Assembly (NCBI GenBank): GCA_037133495.1
Contig: JBAXOA010000009.1
Span: 1,191-65,190 of the forward strand
Origin: Mariniphaga sp.
Lineage (GTDB): Bacteria > Bacteroidota > Bacteroidia > Bacteroidales > Prolixibacteraceae
DNA: 64,000 bases
Direction of reading: 5' to 3'
Shown here one piece after another: positions 1 through 8,219 of the stretch. The first letter of the stretch is position 1. Each line of letters opens with the position of its first letter. Under the pieces are notes generated by a model. That model saw nothing but the letters and a program-made list of their open reading frames with translations, did not search any database and had not been told where the DNA came from. A program made the position numbers and the translations under genes.

Positions 1-1
1 T

Positions 2-151
2 GTGAAAGAACAGAAACTCGATGGAATTATTCATTGCTTTAATGCTGTTGGTAAAACAGTGACTATTTTCTTTCAAAGTGGTTTTGAAGATAGCAAAATT
101 AATGCAAAGGCGTTTGAATTAGTCAGGCAAACGTTTAATTGCCGAGAGTAA
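2..151 (+). CDS. 3' end of an unidentified CDS that starts upstream of the window
   Basis: Frame 2 is open from the window edge to TAA at 149-151 (…FELVRQTFNCRE*). Too short to assign a family. Confidence 0.3.
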   Translation: MKEQKLDGIIHCFNAVGKTVTIFFQSGFEDSKINAKAFELVRQTFNCRE

Positions 152-195
152 ATAAACCTTATATTTGTTAGAATTATTAAAATTACCGCAATATA

Positions 196-1521
196 ATGAA
201 GGTTGTAATCGTTGGAAGTGGATATGTGGGTCTGGTAACCGGAACTTGCTTTGCGGAAGTGGGCATTGAAGTCGTGTGCCTGGATGTTGATGCAAAGAAA
301 ATTGAAAATTTAAAAAATGGCATAATTCCGATTTATGAGCCGGGTCTGGAAGAAATGGTTCACCGAAACATGAAAAAAGGAAGATTGCAGTTTACGACAA
401 ATATCTCGGAGGCTCTCGTTGATTGTGAAGTACTGTTTACGGCTGTTGGTACTCCGCCGGATAAAGATGGAAGTGCAGATCTTCAGTTTGTGTTAAGCGT
501 TGCGCGCGATTGCGGAAAAAACATGACGGATTACATTTTGATCGTAACCAAGAGCACTGTTCCGGTTGGCACTGCTCAGAAAGTACGCCAGGCTTTGCAG
601 GAAGAATTGGACAAAAGGGGTGTAAATATCCCATTTGATGTAGCTTCTAATCCCGAGTTTTTAAAGGAAGGAGCTGCTATCGACGATTTTCTGAAACCTG
701 ACCGCATTGTGGTAGGGCTCGACTCAACAAGAGCCGAAGATCTGATGAAAAGCCTCTATAAACCTTTTACCCTGAATGGTCATCCGATCATTTTCATGGA
801 TATCACCTCGGCTGAGATGACTAAATATGCAGCGAATGCAATGCTTGCGACTAAGATCAGCTTCATGAATGATATCGCCAATTTGTGTGAGATCGTTGGC
901 GCCGATATCAATATGGTTCGAAAAGGGATTGGCTCCGATTCCAGAATTGGCAATAAATTCATCTACCCGGGCATTGGTTATGGTGGATCGTGCTTCCCAA
1001 AAGATGTAAAAGCGCTGATTCATACAGCCGAAGATTTCAATTACGAACTACGTGTGCTTAAGGCTGTTGAAGCAGTAAATCAGGATCAAAAATCTGTACT
1101 CTGCCAGAAAATCCTCAAATATTTTAAAGGAGAAATCAGGGGCAGAACTATCGCCATTTGGGGATTATCGTTCAAACCACAAACAGACGATATGCGTGAG
1201 GCACCATCGTTGGTTATCATTAAAGAATTACTCGAGGCGGGCGCAAAAGTAAAAGCCTACGATCCGGTCGCAATGAATGAAGCTAAACATACACTGGGAG
1301 TTAGCATCACTTATTCCGAAGATCAGTATGAAGCACTGATCGATGCAGACTGCCTTCTGCTTGTTACCGAATGGGCTGAATTTAAATTTCCCAATTTCAA
1401 TATTGTCAAAAAATTAATGAAAAATCCTGTCGTCTTCGATGGCAGGAATATTTATGAAAAATCGGAAATGAAGCGAAATGGATTTGAATATTTCTGCATT
1501 GGCATCGATACCTCAAAATAA
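196..1521 (+). CDS. ugd: UDP-glucose 6-dehydrogenase
   Basis: N-terminal Rossmann motif [11 protein letters not shown], catalytic-Cys region [10 protein letters not shown], and 441 aa typical of the UDP-glucose/GDP-mannose dehydrogenase family. Confidence 0.95.
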   Translation: MKVVIVGSGYVGLVTGTCFAEVGIEVVCLDVDAKKIENLKNGIIPIYEPGLEEMVHRNMKKGRLQFTTNISEALVDCEVLFTAVGTPPDKDGSADLQFVLSVARDCGKNMTDYILIVTKSTVPVGTAQKVRQALQEELDKRGVNIPFDVASNPEFLKEGAAIDDFLKPDRIVVGLDSTRAEDLMKSLYKPFTLNGHPIIFMDITSAEMTKYAANAMLATKISFMNDIANLCEIVGADINMVRKGIGSDSRIGNKFIYPGIGYGGSCFPKDVKALIHTAEDFNYELRVLKAVEAVNQDQKSVLCQKILKYFKGEIRGRTIAIWGLSFKPQTDDMREAPSLVIIKELLEAGAKVKAYDPVAMNEAKHTLGVSITYSEDQYEALIDADCLLLVTEWAEFKFPNFNIVKKLMKNPVVFDGRNIYEKSEMKRNGFEYFCIGIDTSK

Positions 1522-1532
1522 AGATCAAAATC

Positions 1533-2471
1533 ATGATTAAGAAAAAGGTTTTAGTGACCGGTGGTGCCGGTTTTGTTGGGTCGCATCTGTGTGACAGACT
1601 GCTTAAAGAGGGAAATGAAGTTGTTTGTCTTGACAATTATTTCACAGGCCAAAAGCAAAACATAGTACACCTGCTGGATAATCCATTTTTCGAGCTAGTC
1701 AGACACGACGTGACCATGCCATTTTTTATCGAAGTTGATGAAATATATAATCTGGCATGTCCTGCTTCGCCTGTTCACTATCAATACAATGCCATTAAAA
1801 CGATGAAAACTTCCGTGATGGGAGCCATCAATATGCTGGGACTGGCAAAACGGATAAAAGCAAAAATTCTTCAGGCTTCAACGAGTGAGGTTTATGGCGA
1901 TCCCCAGGTTCATCCTCAGGTAGAAAGTTACTGGGGTCATGTGAATCCAATCGGCGAACGCTCATGTTATGATGAAGGGAAACGATCGGCAGAGACACTT
2001 TTCGTGAATTACCACAAGCAAAATAATGTAAAGATCAAAATAATCAGAATTTTCAACACCTACGGCCCAAGGATGCATCCCCATGACGGAAGAGTTGTAT
2101 CAAATTTTATTGTGCAGGCGCTACAAGGCAATGATATTACAATCTATGGCGACGGACAGCAAACCCGCAGTTTTCAATATGTTGACGATCTCATTGAAGG
2201 AATGATACGGATGATGGCTTCCCGCGATGAGTTCACAGGACCTGTTAATATCGGAAATCCCAACGAATTTACGATACTTCAACTGGCCGAACTGGTCATT
2301 AAGCTTACCAATTCAAAATCAAACATCATCAGAATGCCTTTGCCTCCCGATGATCCAACTCAACGACAGCCAAATATTGATCTGGCTAAAAAAGAGCTGG
2401 ACTGGGAACCAAAAATTCAGCTTAATGAGGGACTGATAAAAACAATTGACTATTTTGCGACCATTATCTGA
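1533..2471 (+). CDS. UDP-glucuronate decarboxylase (UDP-xylose synthase), extended SDR
   Basis: [19 protein letters not shown], and the YDEGKR active-site Y-x3-K. Lies 11 nt downstream of ugd, the expected pathway order. Confidence 0.92.
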   Translation: MIKKKVLVTGGAGFVGSHLCDRLLKEGNEVVCLDNYFTGQKQNIVHLLDNPFFELVRHDVTMPFFIEVDEIYNLACPASPVHYQYNAIKTMKTSVMGAINMLGLAKRIKAKILQASTSEVYGDPQVHPQVESYWGHVNPIGERSCYDEGKRSAETLFVNYHKQNNVKIKIIRIFNTYGPRMHPHDGRVVSNFIVQALQGNDITIYGDGQQTRSFQYVDDLIEGMIRMMASRDEFTGPVNIGNPNEFTILQLAELVIKLTNSKSNIIRMPLPPDDPTQRQPNIDLAKKELDWEPKIQLNEGLIKTIDYFATII

Positions 2472-2499
2472 TGAATTTTAAATACCTCAATCAATACTT

Positions 2500-3360
2500 G
2501 TGAGAATACTTGTTACAGGAGCGAATGGTCAACTGGGAAACGAAATTCGGGAATTAGCCTGGGAATATCCGGGCTACGATTTTATTTACACCGATGTTGA
2601 AGAACTGGACATTACGAACCGGCTCAAGGTTAAAGCCTTTTTTGAGGTAAATCAGCCTCAAATAATTATCAATTGTGCAGCCTATACGGCAGTTGATAAA
2701 GCAGAATCTGACGAAGCAAATGCCTTTTTGATTAATGCAAAAGCAGTTGAAAATCTGGCAAGATCAGCTGCCGAAATTGATGCGTTAATCATTCACATAT
2801 CAACTGATTATGTCTTTGATGGCAAATCGTTTCTTCCGATTAAGGAGAATGAACCAACAAATCCATCCTCAGCTTATGGCCGGACTAAGCTAGCCGGCGA
2901 GGAAGCCGTTCGGCAGCACGCCAGTAAAGGATTGATTATCAGGACTTCGTGGTTGTATTCCGCTTTTGGAAATAACTTTGTCAAGACGATGATGAAGTAC
3001 GGAAAAGAACGGGACGAACTTAAGGTAGTTTTTGATCAGGTCGGGACGCCGACGTATGCCAGAGATCTTGCTAAAGTAATCCTCGATATCATTCCGATGT
3101 CACTGGAGTATTCCGGAACCGGACTTTTCCATTATTCCAATGAAGGAGTTGCCAGCTGGTATGATTTTGCCCAAACTATTATTGCTTTTTCAGGTCTTAC
3201 ATGCGAAATAAAACCAATTCTGACAAAAGATTATCCTTTGCCGGCACCAAGACCATTTTTCAGTGTCATGGATAAATCAAAAATTAAAGAGACCTTCAAA
3301 ATTAAGATACCCTACTGGAGCGACAGTGTAAAAGCGTGTATTCAAAGACTTAAAGAATAA
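2500..3360 (+). CDS. rfbD: dTDP-4-dehydrorhamnose reductase
   Basis: GTG start. VTGANGQLG, the STDYVFDG motif, and YGRTK (Y-x3-K). 286 aa, typical RmlD length. Confidence 0.9.
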   Translation: MRILVTGANGQLGNEIRELAWEYPGYDFIYTDVEELDITNRLKVKAFFEVNQPQIIINCAAYTAVDKAESDEANAFLINAKAVENLARSAAEIDALIIHISTDYVFDGKSFLPIKENEPTNPSSAYGRTKLAGEEAVRQHASKGLIIRTSWLYSAFGNNFVKTMMKYGKERDELKVVFDQVGTPTYARDLAKVILDIIPMSLEYSGTGLFHYSNEGVASWYDFAQTIIAFSGLTCEIKPILTKDYPLPAPRPFFSVMDKSKIKETFKIKIPYWSDSVKACIQRLKE

Positions 3361-5110
3361 TGGGATTGCCGACATTAGCTTTCTTTTTGATTTGCTTTTC
3401 TATCACTACAATTAATTCGTCCTTTTTTATTGGTTTCGCAATATAATCATTACAACCGGCTTCAATTGCCTTTTCACGGTCGCCTGAAAGACCAAAAGCA
3501 GTCTGCGCAATTATAATAACATCTTTATTAAATTTTCGTATTTGCCGGGTAGCATCATATCCATTTAAACCCGGCATTTGAATATCCATAAGGATTAAAT
3601 CAATGTCCGGGTTTTGGAGACAGATTTCGACGGTTGCAATGCCTGTTCTTGATTCTAGTATTTCCTTGCTGTAAGGTTTCATTGCTATTGACATCAAAAT
3701 TTCCGATGTTTCATCGTCCTCGGCAATTAATATTTTTAGTTTCCCTAAGCTATTTTTTGTTTCAGTGTCTTTAACAGGCTTCAGATCTGTAATTTTATCT
3801 TTCGGGAAAGGGGCATACGGAATAGAAAAAAGGAATTTTGACCCTTTTCCTTCTTCACTTTCCAGCCAGATCCGCCCTCCTAATAATTCGGCATACGCTT
3901 TAGCAATTGATAAACCCAGGCCGGCACCCTGAAACGCATGTATATCGGTAATATCGGCCTGTATAAAGCGTTCAAATACTGCTACCTGCCTGTTGACCGG
4001 AATTCCAATGCCTGTGTCCTTTACGTAAAATTCAAGCGTTTCACCCTTTTTATCACACCCGATTTCTATCACACCATCAATGGTAAATTTTATGGCATTT
4101 TTAACGAGGTTTGTCAGTATAGCAATAATTTTCTCCCGGTCGGTAGTGACGATGGCTTGAGCTCCGGATAAGTTTGCTTTAAGTAGCAACTGCAATTTCT
4201 TTTTTTCGGTCTCAGGTTTGAAAAAAGTATAAACATACTCTATTTGGTCGTTTATATTCGTTGATGTCCGGTTCACTTCCATCAGGCCCGATTCTATTTT
4301 CGAAATATCGACAATGTTATTGATGATATTCAACATTCGGGTACCGCTTTTCTCTATTATTTCAATGAATTCATGTTGCTCTTCGCCGGTGAGGTGAGGT
4401 TCTTTCAGTAAAGCTGCAAAACCAAGAATGCCGTTCATAGGAGTTCTTATTTCGTGCGACATATTGGCGAGAAATGCCGATTTCAGTTGGTTGCTCTCTT
4501 CCGCTTTTTCTTTGGCGATAATTAGTTCTGCTGTTCTTTCAATTACTTGTTGTTCCAATGTTTCGTGAGAACGACGCAGTTCTTCTTCTTTTTGCTTTAA
4601 ATCAGATATGTCGGTGACCATAACACAAACATCGCCCAACAGTTCGGGAGGTAAGGAGCTAAATGAAAGATGTAAATGTACTGGCGGGGTATTTTCGTCC
4701 TTTATATAGGTTAACTCAACACTGGTTTTTCCTTTAAGACCAGCTTGCAGTAAATCGTTGCATTTTTGAATGTCGTTTTCCGGGAAAATCTGATTAAACC
4801 AGGAACCCACAATTTGTTCTGGCGCAACAGACAAAAGCTCGGCAAACCGGCGGTTGCAATACAGCACAACCCCATCGGCCGAAAGCACCACAGCTCCTTC
4901 ATTCATTTCTTCGATGATGACACGATATGGAGTTTCGGCAGAAGAAATTGAAAATATTTTTTCTCCACCTAAACCGGAAACAATTATTGCATCAACTTCG
5001 CCATTTCGAATTGCTTCAAGTGTTTCTTTAGCTTCGGCCAGGCTTGCCCGCAATTCTTCGTTTTCGAGTAAAAGCTGTTTTTCTGTTTTCGGAGCTAATT
5101 TCGCTGACAT
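3350..5110 (-). CDS. PAS-domain hybrid sensor histidine kinase with C-terminal receiver domain (last gene of the kai operon)
   Basis: N-terminal coiled coil, PAS region, H-box MSHEIRTPMNGI, G-box DTGIGI…GAGLGLSI, then REC with ILIAEDD…LILMDIQMPGLNG…KP. The start overlaps the kaiB stop by 16 nt. Confidence 0.9.
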   Translation of the reverse strand: MSAKLAPKTEKQLLLENEELRASLAEAKETLEAIRNGEVDAIIVSGLGGEKIFSISSAETPYRVIIEEMNEGAVVLSADGVVLYCNRRFAELLSVAPEQIVGSWFNQIFPENDIQKCNDLLQAGLKGKTSVELTYIKDENTPPVHLHLSFSSLPPELLGDVCVMVTDISDLKQKEEELRRSHETLEQQVIERTAELIIAKEKAEESNQLKSAFLANMSHEIRTPMNGILGFAALLKEPHLTGEEQHEFIEIIEKSGTRMLNIINNIVDISKIESGLMEVNRTSTNINDQIEYVYTFFKPETEKKKLQLLLKANLSGAQAIVTTDREKIIAILTNLVKNAIKFTIDGVIEIGCDKKGETLEFYVKDTGIGIPVNRQVAVFERFIQADITDIHAFQGAGLGLSIAKAYAELLGGRIWLESEEGKGSKFLFSIPYAPFPKDKITDLKPVKDTETKNSLGKLKILIAEDDETSEILMSIAMKPYSKEILESRTGIATVEICLQNPDIDLILMDIQMPGLNGYDATRQIRKFNKDVIIIAQTAFGLSGDREKAIEAGCNDYIAKPIKKDELIVVIEKQIKKKANVGNPIIL

Positions 5111-5487
5111 ATACTGCTTTTGAACAGATGATTTTTTTTATCTTTTACTTTTCGCAAATCGAGCCCAACAAGCACGCGGTCAACAACCGACAAATCGCCA
5201 ATAATTCGGTGCAAAGGTAAGGGTAGTCTTTTGATAAGGGTTGGTGCAGCAATAATCTGTTCTCCTTTGGCTAAGGTTGGGTTTAAGTAAAGATCTATCA
5301 CTTCCAGCTCGTAACGGCCTTTAAGGTATTCCTCGCAAATTTTTTTAATATTGGCAATTGCACTTACCGAATAAGACGTTGTACCGGCTACGTATAATCG
5401 TAACTGGTAAAAGGTATTTTCTGTTTTTTCGATTGCCTGTTCAAATGCCAGAGCTTCATCAGACAATACGTTTTTTTGCTTTTTCAT
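5095..5487 (-). CDS. kaiB: KaiB family protein (copy 2, with C-terminal extension)
   Basis: LRLYVAG…, APTLIKRLPLPLHRIIGDLS…VLVGLDL closely matches the cyanobacterial KaiB core. The 3' end overlaps the histidine kinase start. Confidence 0.85.
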   Translation of the reverse strand: MKKQKNVLSDEALAFEQAIEKTENTFYQLRLYVAGTTSYSVSAIANIKKICEEYLKGRYELEVIDLYLNPTLAKGEQIIAAPTLIKRLPLPLHRIIGDLSVVDRVLVGLDLRKVKDKKNHLFKSSICQRN

Positions 5488-5597
5488 CAGAAGATAATTT
5501 GTTTTTTAATTACCTGATAGCCTGTCCCGATTTATCGGGAGAACACTTGAGTCATCTTCATTCGTGTTTGCGAAGCGCAGATTCATAGGTGTTTCAT
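5482..5597. repeat. Diverged single copy of the 89-bp repeat unit seen at 61784-62056, filling the kaiB-kaiB spacer
   Basis: tttcatcagaagataatttgttttttaatt…gagtcatcttcattcgtgtttgcgaagcgcagattcat.ggtgtttcat aligns with the tandem units. 'gg' is replaced by 23 nt (net +21) that contain the palindrome tcccga-ttta-tcggga (5525-5540). Confidence 0.8.
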
Positions 5598-5615
5598 AAA
5601 ATTCGTTTTTAATGA

Positions 5616-5960
5616 TTATGAAGAAAGCCCTTTAAGGTCTAATCCAACCAGTACCCTGTCGATGTTTGACAAATCGCCGATTATTTTCCTCACCGGCACG
5701 GGTAGTTTCCTCACTAATGTAGGTACAGCAAGAATTTGGTCTTCGCGGCACAGTTGTGGGTTCTTTATAAGGTCAATTACTTCAATCCGGTATTTGCCTT
5801 TTAATTGCTCTTCGCAAATTGCCTTGAGATTTTTGAAAGCTGTGATTGATTTAGGCGTTTGTCCGGCAACATACAACCGCAATATCCATGCATCCTTCGC
5901 TTTTTTATCAGGCTTTTGTTTTGGAAGACTTGTTTCCGAAATATCTTTTTTTGGCGTCAT
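5616..5960 (-). CDS. kaiB: KaiB family protein (copy 1, with Lys-rich N-terminal extension)
   Basis: [13 protein letters not shown]…, [21 protein letters not shown]…VLVGLDL. The start codon lies 2 nt after the kaiC stop. Confidence 0.87.
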   Translation of the reverse strand: MTPKKDISETSLPKQKPDKKAKDAWILRLYVAGQTPKSITAFKNLKAICEEQLKGKYRIEVIDLIKNPQLCREDQILAVPTLVRKLPVPVRKIIGDLSNIDRVLVGLDLKGLSS

Positions 5961-5962
5961 GT

Positions 5963-7717
5963 CTATTTCGTTTTAGCGTCGGTGGTCCCTTTCGGTTTAT
6001 TTGTGTTGCTTGTTTTTATGACAATATCTCCCTTCCGGTTTTTTGACATATCGACCCTGTCCTGCAAAAGGAGATTTTCGCGAAGCATATTTAGTTCTAT
6101 ATCTTTTAACGTTTCAATTTCTTCTGCTTCAAATTCGGCCTTCAGAAAATCAATCTGGGCATTAATTGCCTTGCGCTTCCGATCTAAGGCAAGTTTCTTA
6201 TTTTCAATCTCCTGGTTACGCAATAATTGTTCGGCTTTTTCTTTTGCTTCTTTTGTAATTCGCGATGAGCCGGTAAGTACACCCTCAGGTCCAACATACA
6301 CATCGAGCAGTTCCACGCCATGATCGGTCAGTTTAAATTCCCGGATTTGGTTCGAGTGTGCCATTCCGCGTGATTTAAGTATATACATTCCGCGGTTACG
6401 CTCTCCGCCTAATTCAATATCGCGCAAGAGTAACCATGTGTCGATCAATGAAGAAATATCGATTCCGGTATAATCGTTTGCTCCTGTGGTCAAATGTGTC
6501 ATGAATACAGAGATATGATTGATTTTTAAAAAGTCAACCATACGCATGATCATCGCCTTGGCTTCAAATTGGTTAGTGCCTATGATAAAACTGCTCAGCG
6601 GGTCTATAACCACAACCTTTGGTTTAAAATCATTCACAGCTTTGTGCATGGCAGTCAGGTAGGATTCTAAACCGTAAAAAGTAGGGCGTTTGGCATGAAA
6701 CACCAACAATCCCTTTTTTTCCCATTGTTCCAGATCGATGCCGATAGAACGCATGTTGCGCATAATCTGCCGGGGCGATTCTTCCAAGGCAAAATAGAGT
6801 ACTTTTTCTCCACGAGCGCAGGCTGCATCGGAAAAACATGCGGATAAACTGCTTTTCCCCACTCCGGCTGTACCGGAGACAAGAACAATGCTTCCGCGGT
6901 AATATCCTTTATTGCCCAGCATCGTATCAAGGCGTGGGATCCCGCTGGATATGCGTTCGGACGATACTGTGCGCTCCTGACCAATGGACGTGATGGGCAA
7001 AACAGAAAACCCGGTTTCTTCGATGATGAAAGGATACTCGTTTGTGCCATGGGTTGAACCGCGATATTTTACAATCCGCAACCTTCGGGTAGAGGATTGT
7101 TCCGTAACCCGGTGGTCAAGCACAATGACGCAATCACTAACGTATTCTTCCAATCCCTGACGCGTGAGTGTGCCCTCACCCCGCTCGCCGGTAACTATGG
7201 CTGTCACCCCCTTTTCTTTCAGCCAGTGAAATAACCGGCGGAGCTCAGAACGCAATATAAGCGGATTTGGTAAACCTGAAAAGAGCGTTTCGATCGTATC
7301 TAATACTACCCGCTTAGCGCCTATGCTATCAATGGCATGATTGAGCCGGATAAATAAACCTTCCAAATCATATTCGCCCGTTTCTTCAATTTCTTTGCGC
7401 TCGACATGCACATGGTCAAGAATAATTTTTTTGTCTGCAACTAATTTGTCTAAATCATAACCGAGAGAAACTACGTTTATGGCAAGGTCTTTTTCCGTTT
7501 CCTCGAATGCCAGAAAAACTCCGGGCTCGTTGTATAATATTGCTCCATGAACCAGAAACTCCATTGCAAAGAGAGTTTTTCCGCATCCTGCGCTGCCGCA
7601 AACCAGCGTAGGCCTCCCTTTTGGTATTCCGCCTCCGGTTATTTCGTCTAAGCCCTGAATCCCTGTAAGAGTCTTGGGAAGTGTTTGGATTGGTGATGGA
7701 ATTTTCTTTTTTTCCAT
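5963..7717 (-). CDS. kaiC: KaiC family circadian-clock-type double-RecA ATPase/autokinase with long C-terminal coiled-coil tail
   Basis: Two RecA-like halves: Walker A GSAGCGKT and [10 protein letters not shown] pairs in FEETEKD and LEESPRQ, and [12 protein letters not shown] matching the T426/S431/T432 region. I prefer ATG at 7717, preceded by AGGAGG (7727-7732, 9-nt spacer), over the TTG at 7762 that opens the ORF in the track. Confidence 0.92.
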   Translation of the reverse strand: MEKKKIPSPIQTLPKTLTGIQGLDEITGGGIPKGRPTLVCGSAGCGKTLFAMEFLVHGAILYNEPGVFLAFEETEKDLAINVVSLGYDLDKLVADKKIILDHVHVERKEIEETGEYDLEGLFIRLNHAIDSIGAKRVVLDTIETLFSGLPNPLILRSELRRLFHWLKEKGVTAIVTGERGEGTLTRQGLEEYVSDCVIVLDHRVTEQSSTRRLRIVKYRGSTHGTNEYPFIIEETGFSVLPITSIGQERTVSSERISSGIPRLDTMLGNKGYYRGSIVLVSGTAGVGKSSLSACFSDAACARGEKVLYFALEESPRQIMRNMRSIGIDLEQWEKKGLLVFHAKRPTFYGLESYLTAMHKAVNDFKPKVVVIDPLSSFIIGTNQFEAKAMIMRMVDFLKINHISVFMTHLTTGANDYTGIDISSLIDTWLLLRDIELGGERNRGMYILKSRGMAHSNQIREFKLTDHGVELLDVYVGPEGVLTGSSRITKEAKEKAEQLLRNQEIENKKLALDRKRKAINAQIDFLKAEFEAEEIETLKDIELNMLRENLLLQDRVDMSKNRKGDIVIKTSNTNKPKGTTDAKTK

Positions 7718-7748
7718 GAGATATGCCCTCCTTTCTTGGTTTTTCTTG

Positions 7749-7756
7749 CAAATATA
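7749..7756 (-). promoter_or_regulatory. Candidate Bacteroidota -7 promoter box (TATATTTG) for the kai operon
   Basis: The minus strand reads TATATTTG, a perfect TAnnTTTG, about 32 nt upstream of the kaiC ATG. The nearest upstream TTTG is only 13 nt away, so spacing to a -33 element is non-ideal. Confidence 0.4.
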
Positions 7757-8082
7757 AATCAAATTAGTTCAAAATTAATCTTAGTACCAGACAAAAAAAT
7801 ACGTATTTATTTGATATACAGTAATATATGTTAAATACTCAATAATAACAACTATCTTTTATAGCGAATAAAGGACTGATATTCTGTGCTTTATCAGAAA
7901 TAAACCACACATGATTCAATGACCCATCAACACCAGGATTGAGCGTAAAAATTGCATTATCTTTATAATATTATCGCAAATATTCGGGGATTAAAAGACT
8001 TTGTTTATCAGGAAGATTAATCGTCTTGGACCAAAAGGTGCAAAGCACCGAAATATTTATTTAATATTTCTGTAATTATCAG

Positions 8083-8143
8083 AGATCATATTCAAATGAA
8101 GATGAAAGTCAAAAATGCGACAACAAATCTTTCCTGTTACTTA
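8083..8143 (+). repeat. Conserved intergenic motif, copy A (family of three)
   Basis: agatcatattcaaatgaagatgaaagtcaaaaatgcgacaacaaatctttcctgttactta. About 85-90% identical by eye to 13183-13243 and 42397-42457. The core starts 130 nt upstream of the 8220 start codon. Confidence 0.7.
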
Positions 8144-8219
8144 AATAAAAAAATTGCTAAATTTATACTTGCAATAAAGGCCCTGTCCGGAATCTTCAAA
8201 CGTTGAAACACCAAATGCG

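Noticed and set aside
3350-3360. 11-bp overlap of the convergent 3' ends of rfbD (+) and the kai-operon histidine kinase (-), with no terminator between them.
   Set aside because: Short convergent overlaps are common in compact genomes. I see no hairpin or other signal suggesting a specific antisense regulatory mechanism. Noted only as context for where kai-operon transcription must end.
5859-7751. Track ORFs inside or antisense to kaiC (5859..6323 +, 6630..6839 -, 6667..7050 -, 7455..7751 -), and similar ones inside other genes (for example 15137..15583 -, 10549..10860 +, 44941..45381 -, 49153..49506 -, 30707..31090 +).
   Set aside because: They overlap strongly supported family-recognisable CDSs in other frames or strands. 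Their composition is low-complexity or Arg/Ser/Cys-rich, typical of shadow ORFs, and they have no family motifs.
7718-7762. Longer kaiC ORF starting at TTG 7762 ([20 protein letters not shown]…).
   Set aside because: The ATG at 7717 has a canonical AGGAGG at 9-nt spacing. A TAnnTTTG promoter box (7749-7756) would fall inside the extension. The extra 15 residues have no counterpart in KaiC proteins.
8100-8216. The three conserved ~60-nt motifs each contain ATG AAA GTC AAA… giving small ORFs (MKVKNATTNLSCYL…, MKVKIAAINLSDYL…, MKVKNETLNLSDYL…), which might be a small-protein family or leader peptide.
   Set aside because: Seven of eight differences among copies fall at codon positions 1 or 2. 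Conservation extends ~20 nt upstream of the ATG and stops abruptly after codon 14. The ORF lengths and C-termini are unrelated (23 to ~57 aa), and copy C's ORF runs antisense into a real gene. This fits a DNA/RNA motif better than coding sequence.
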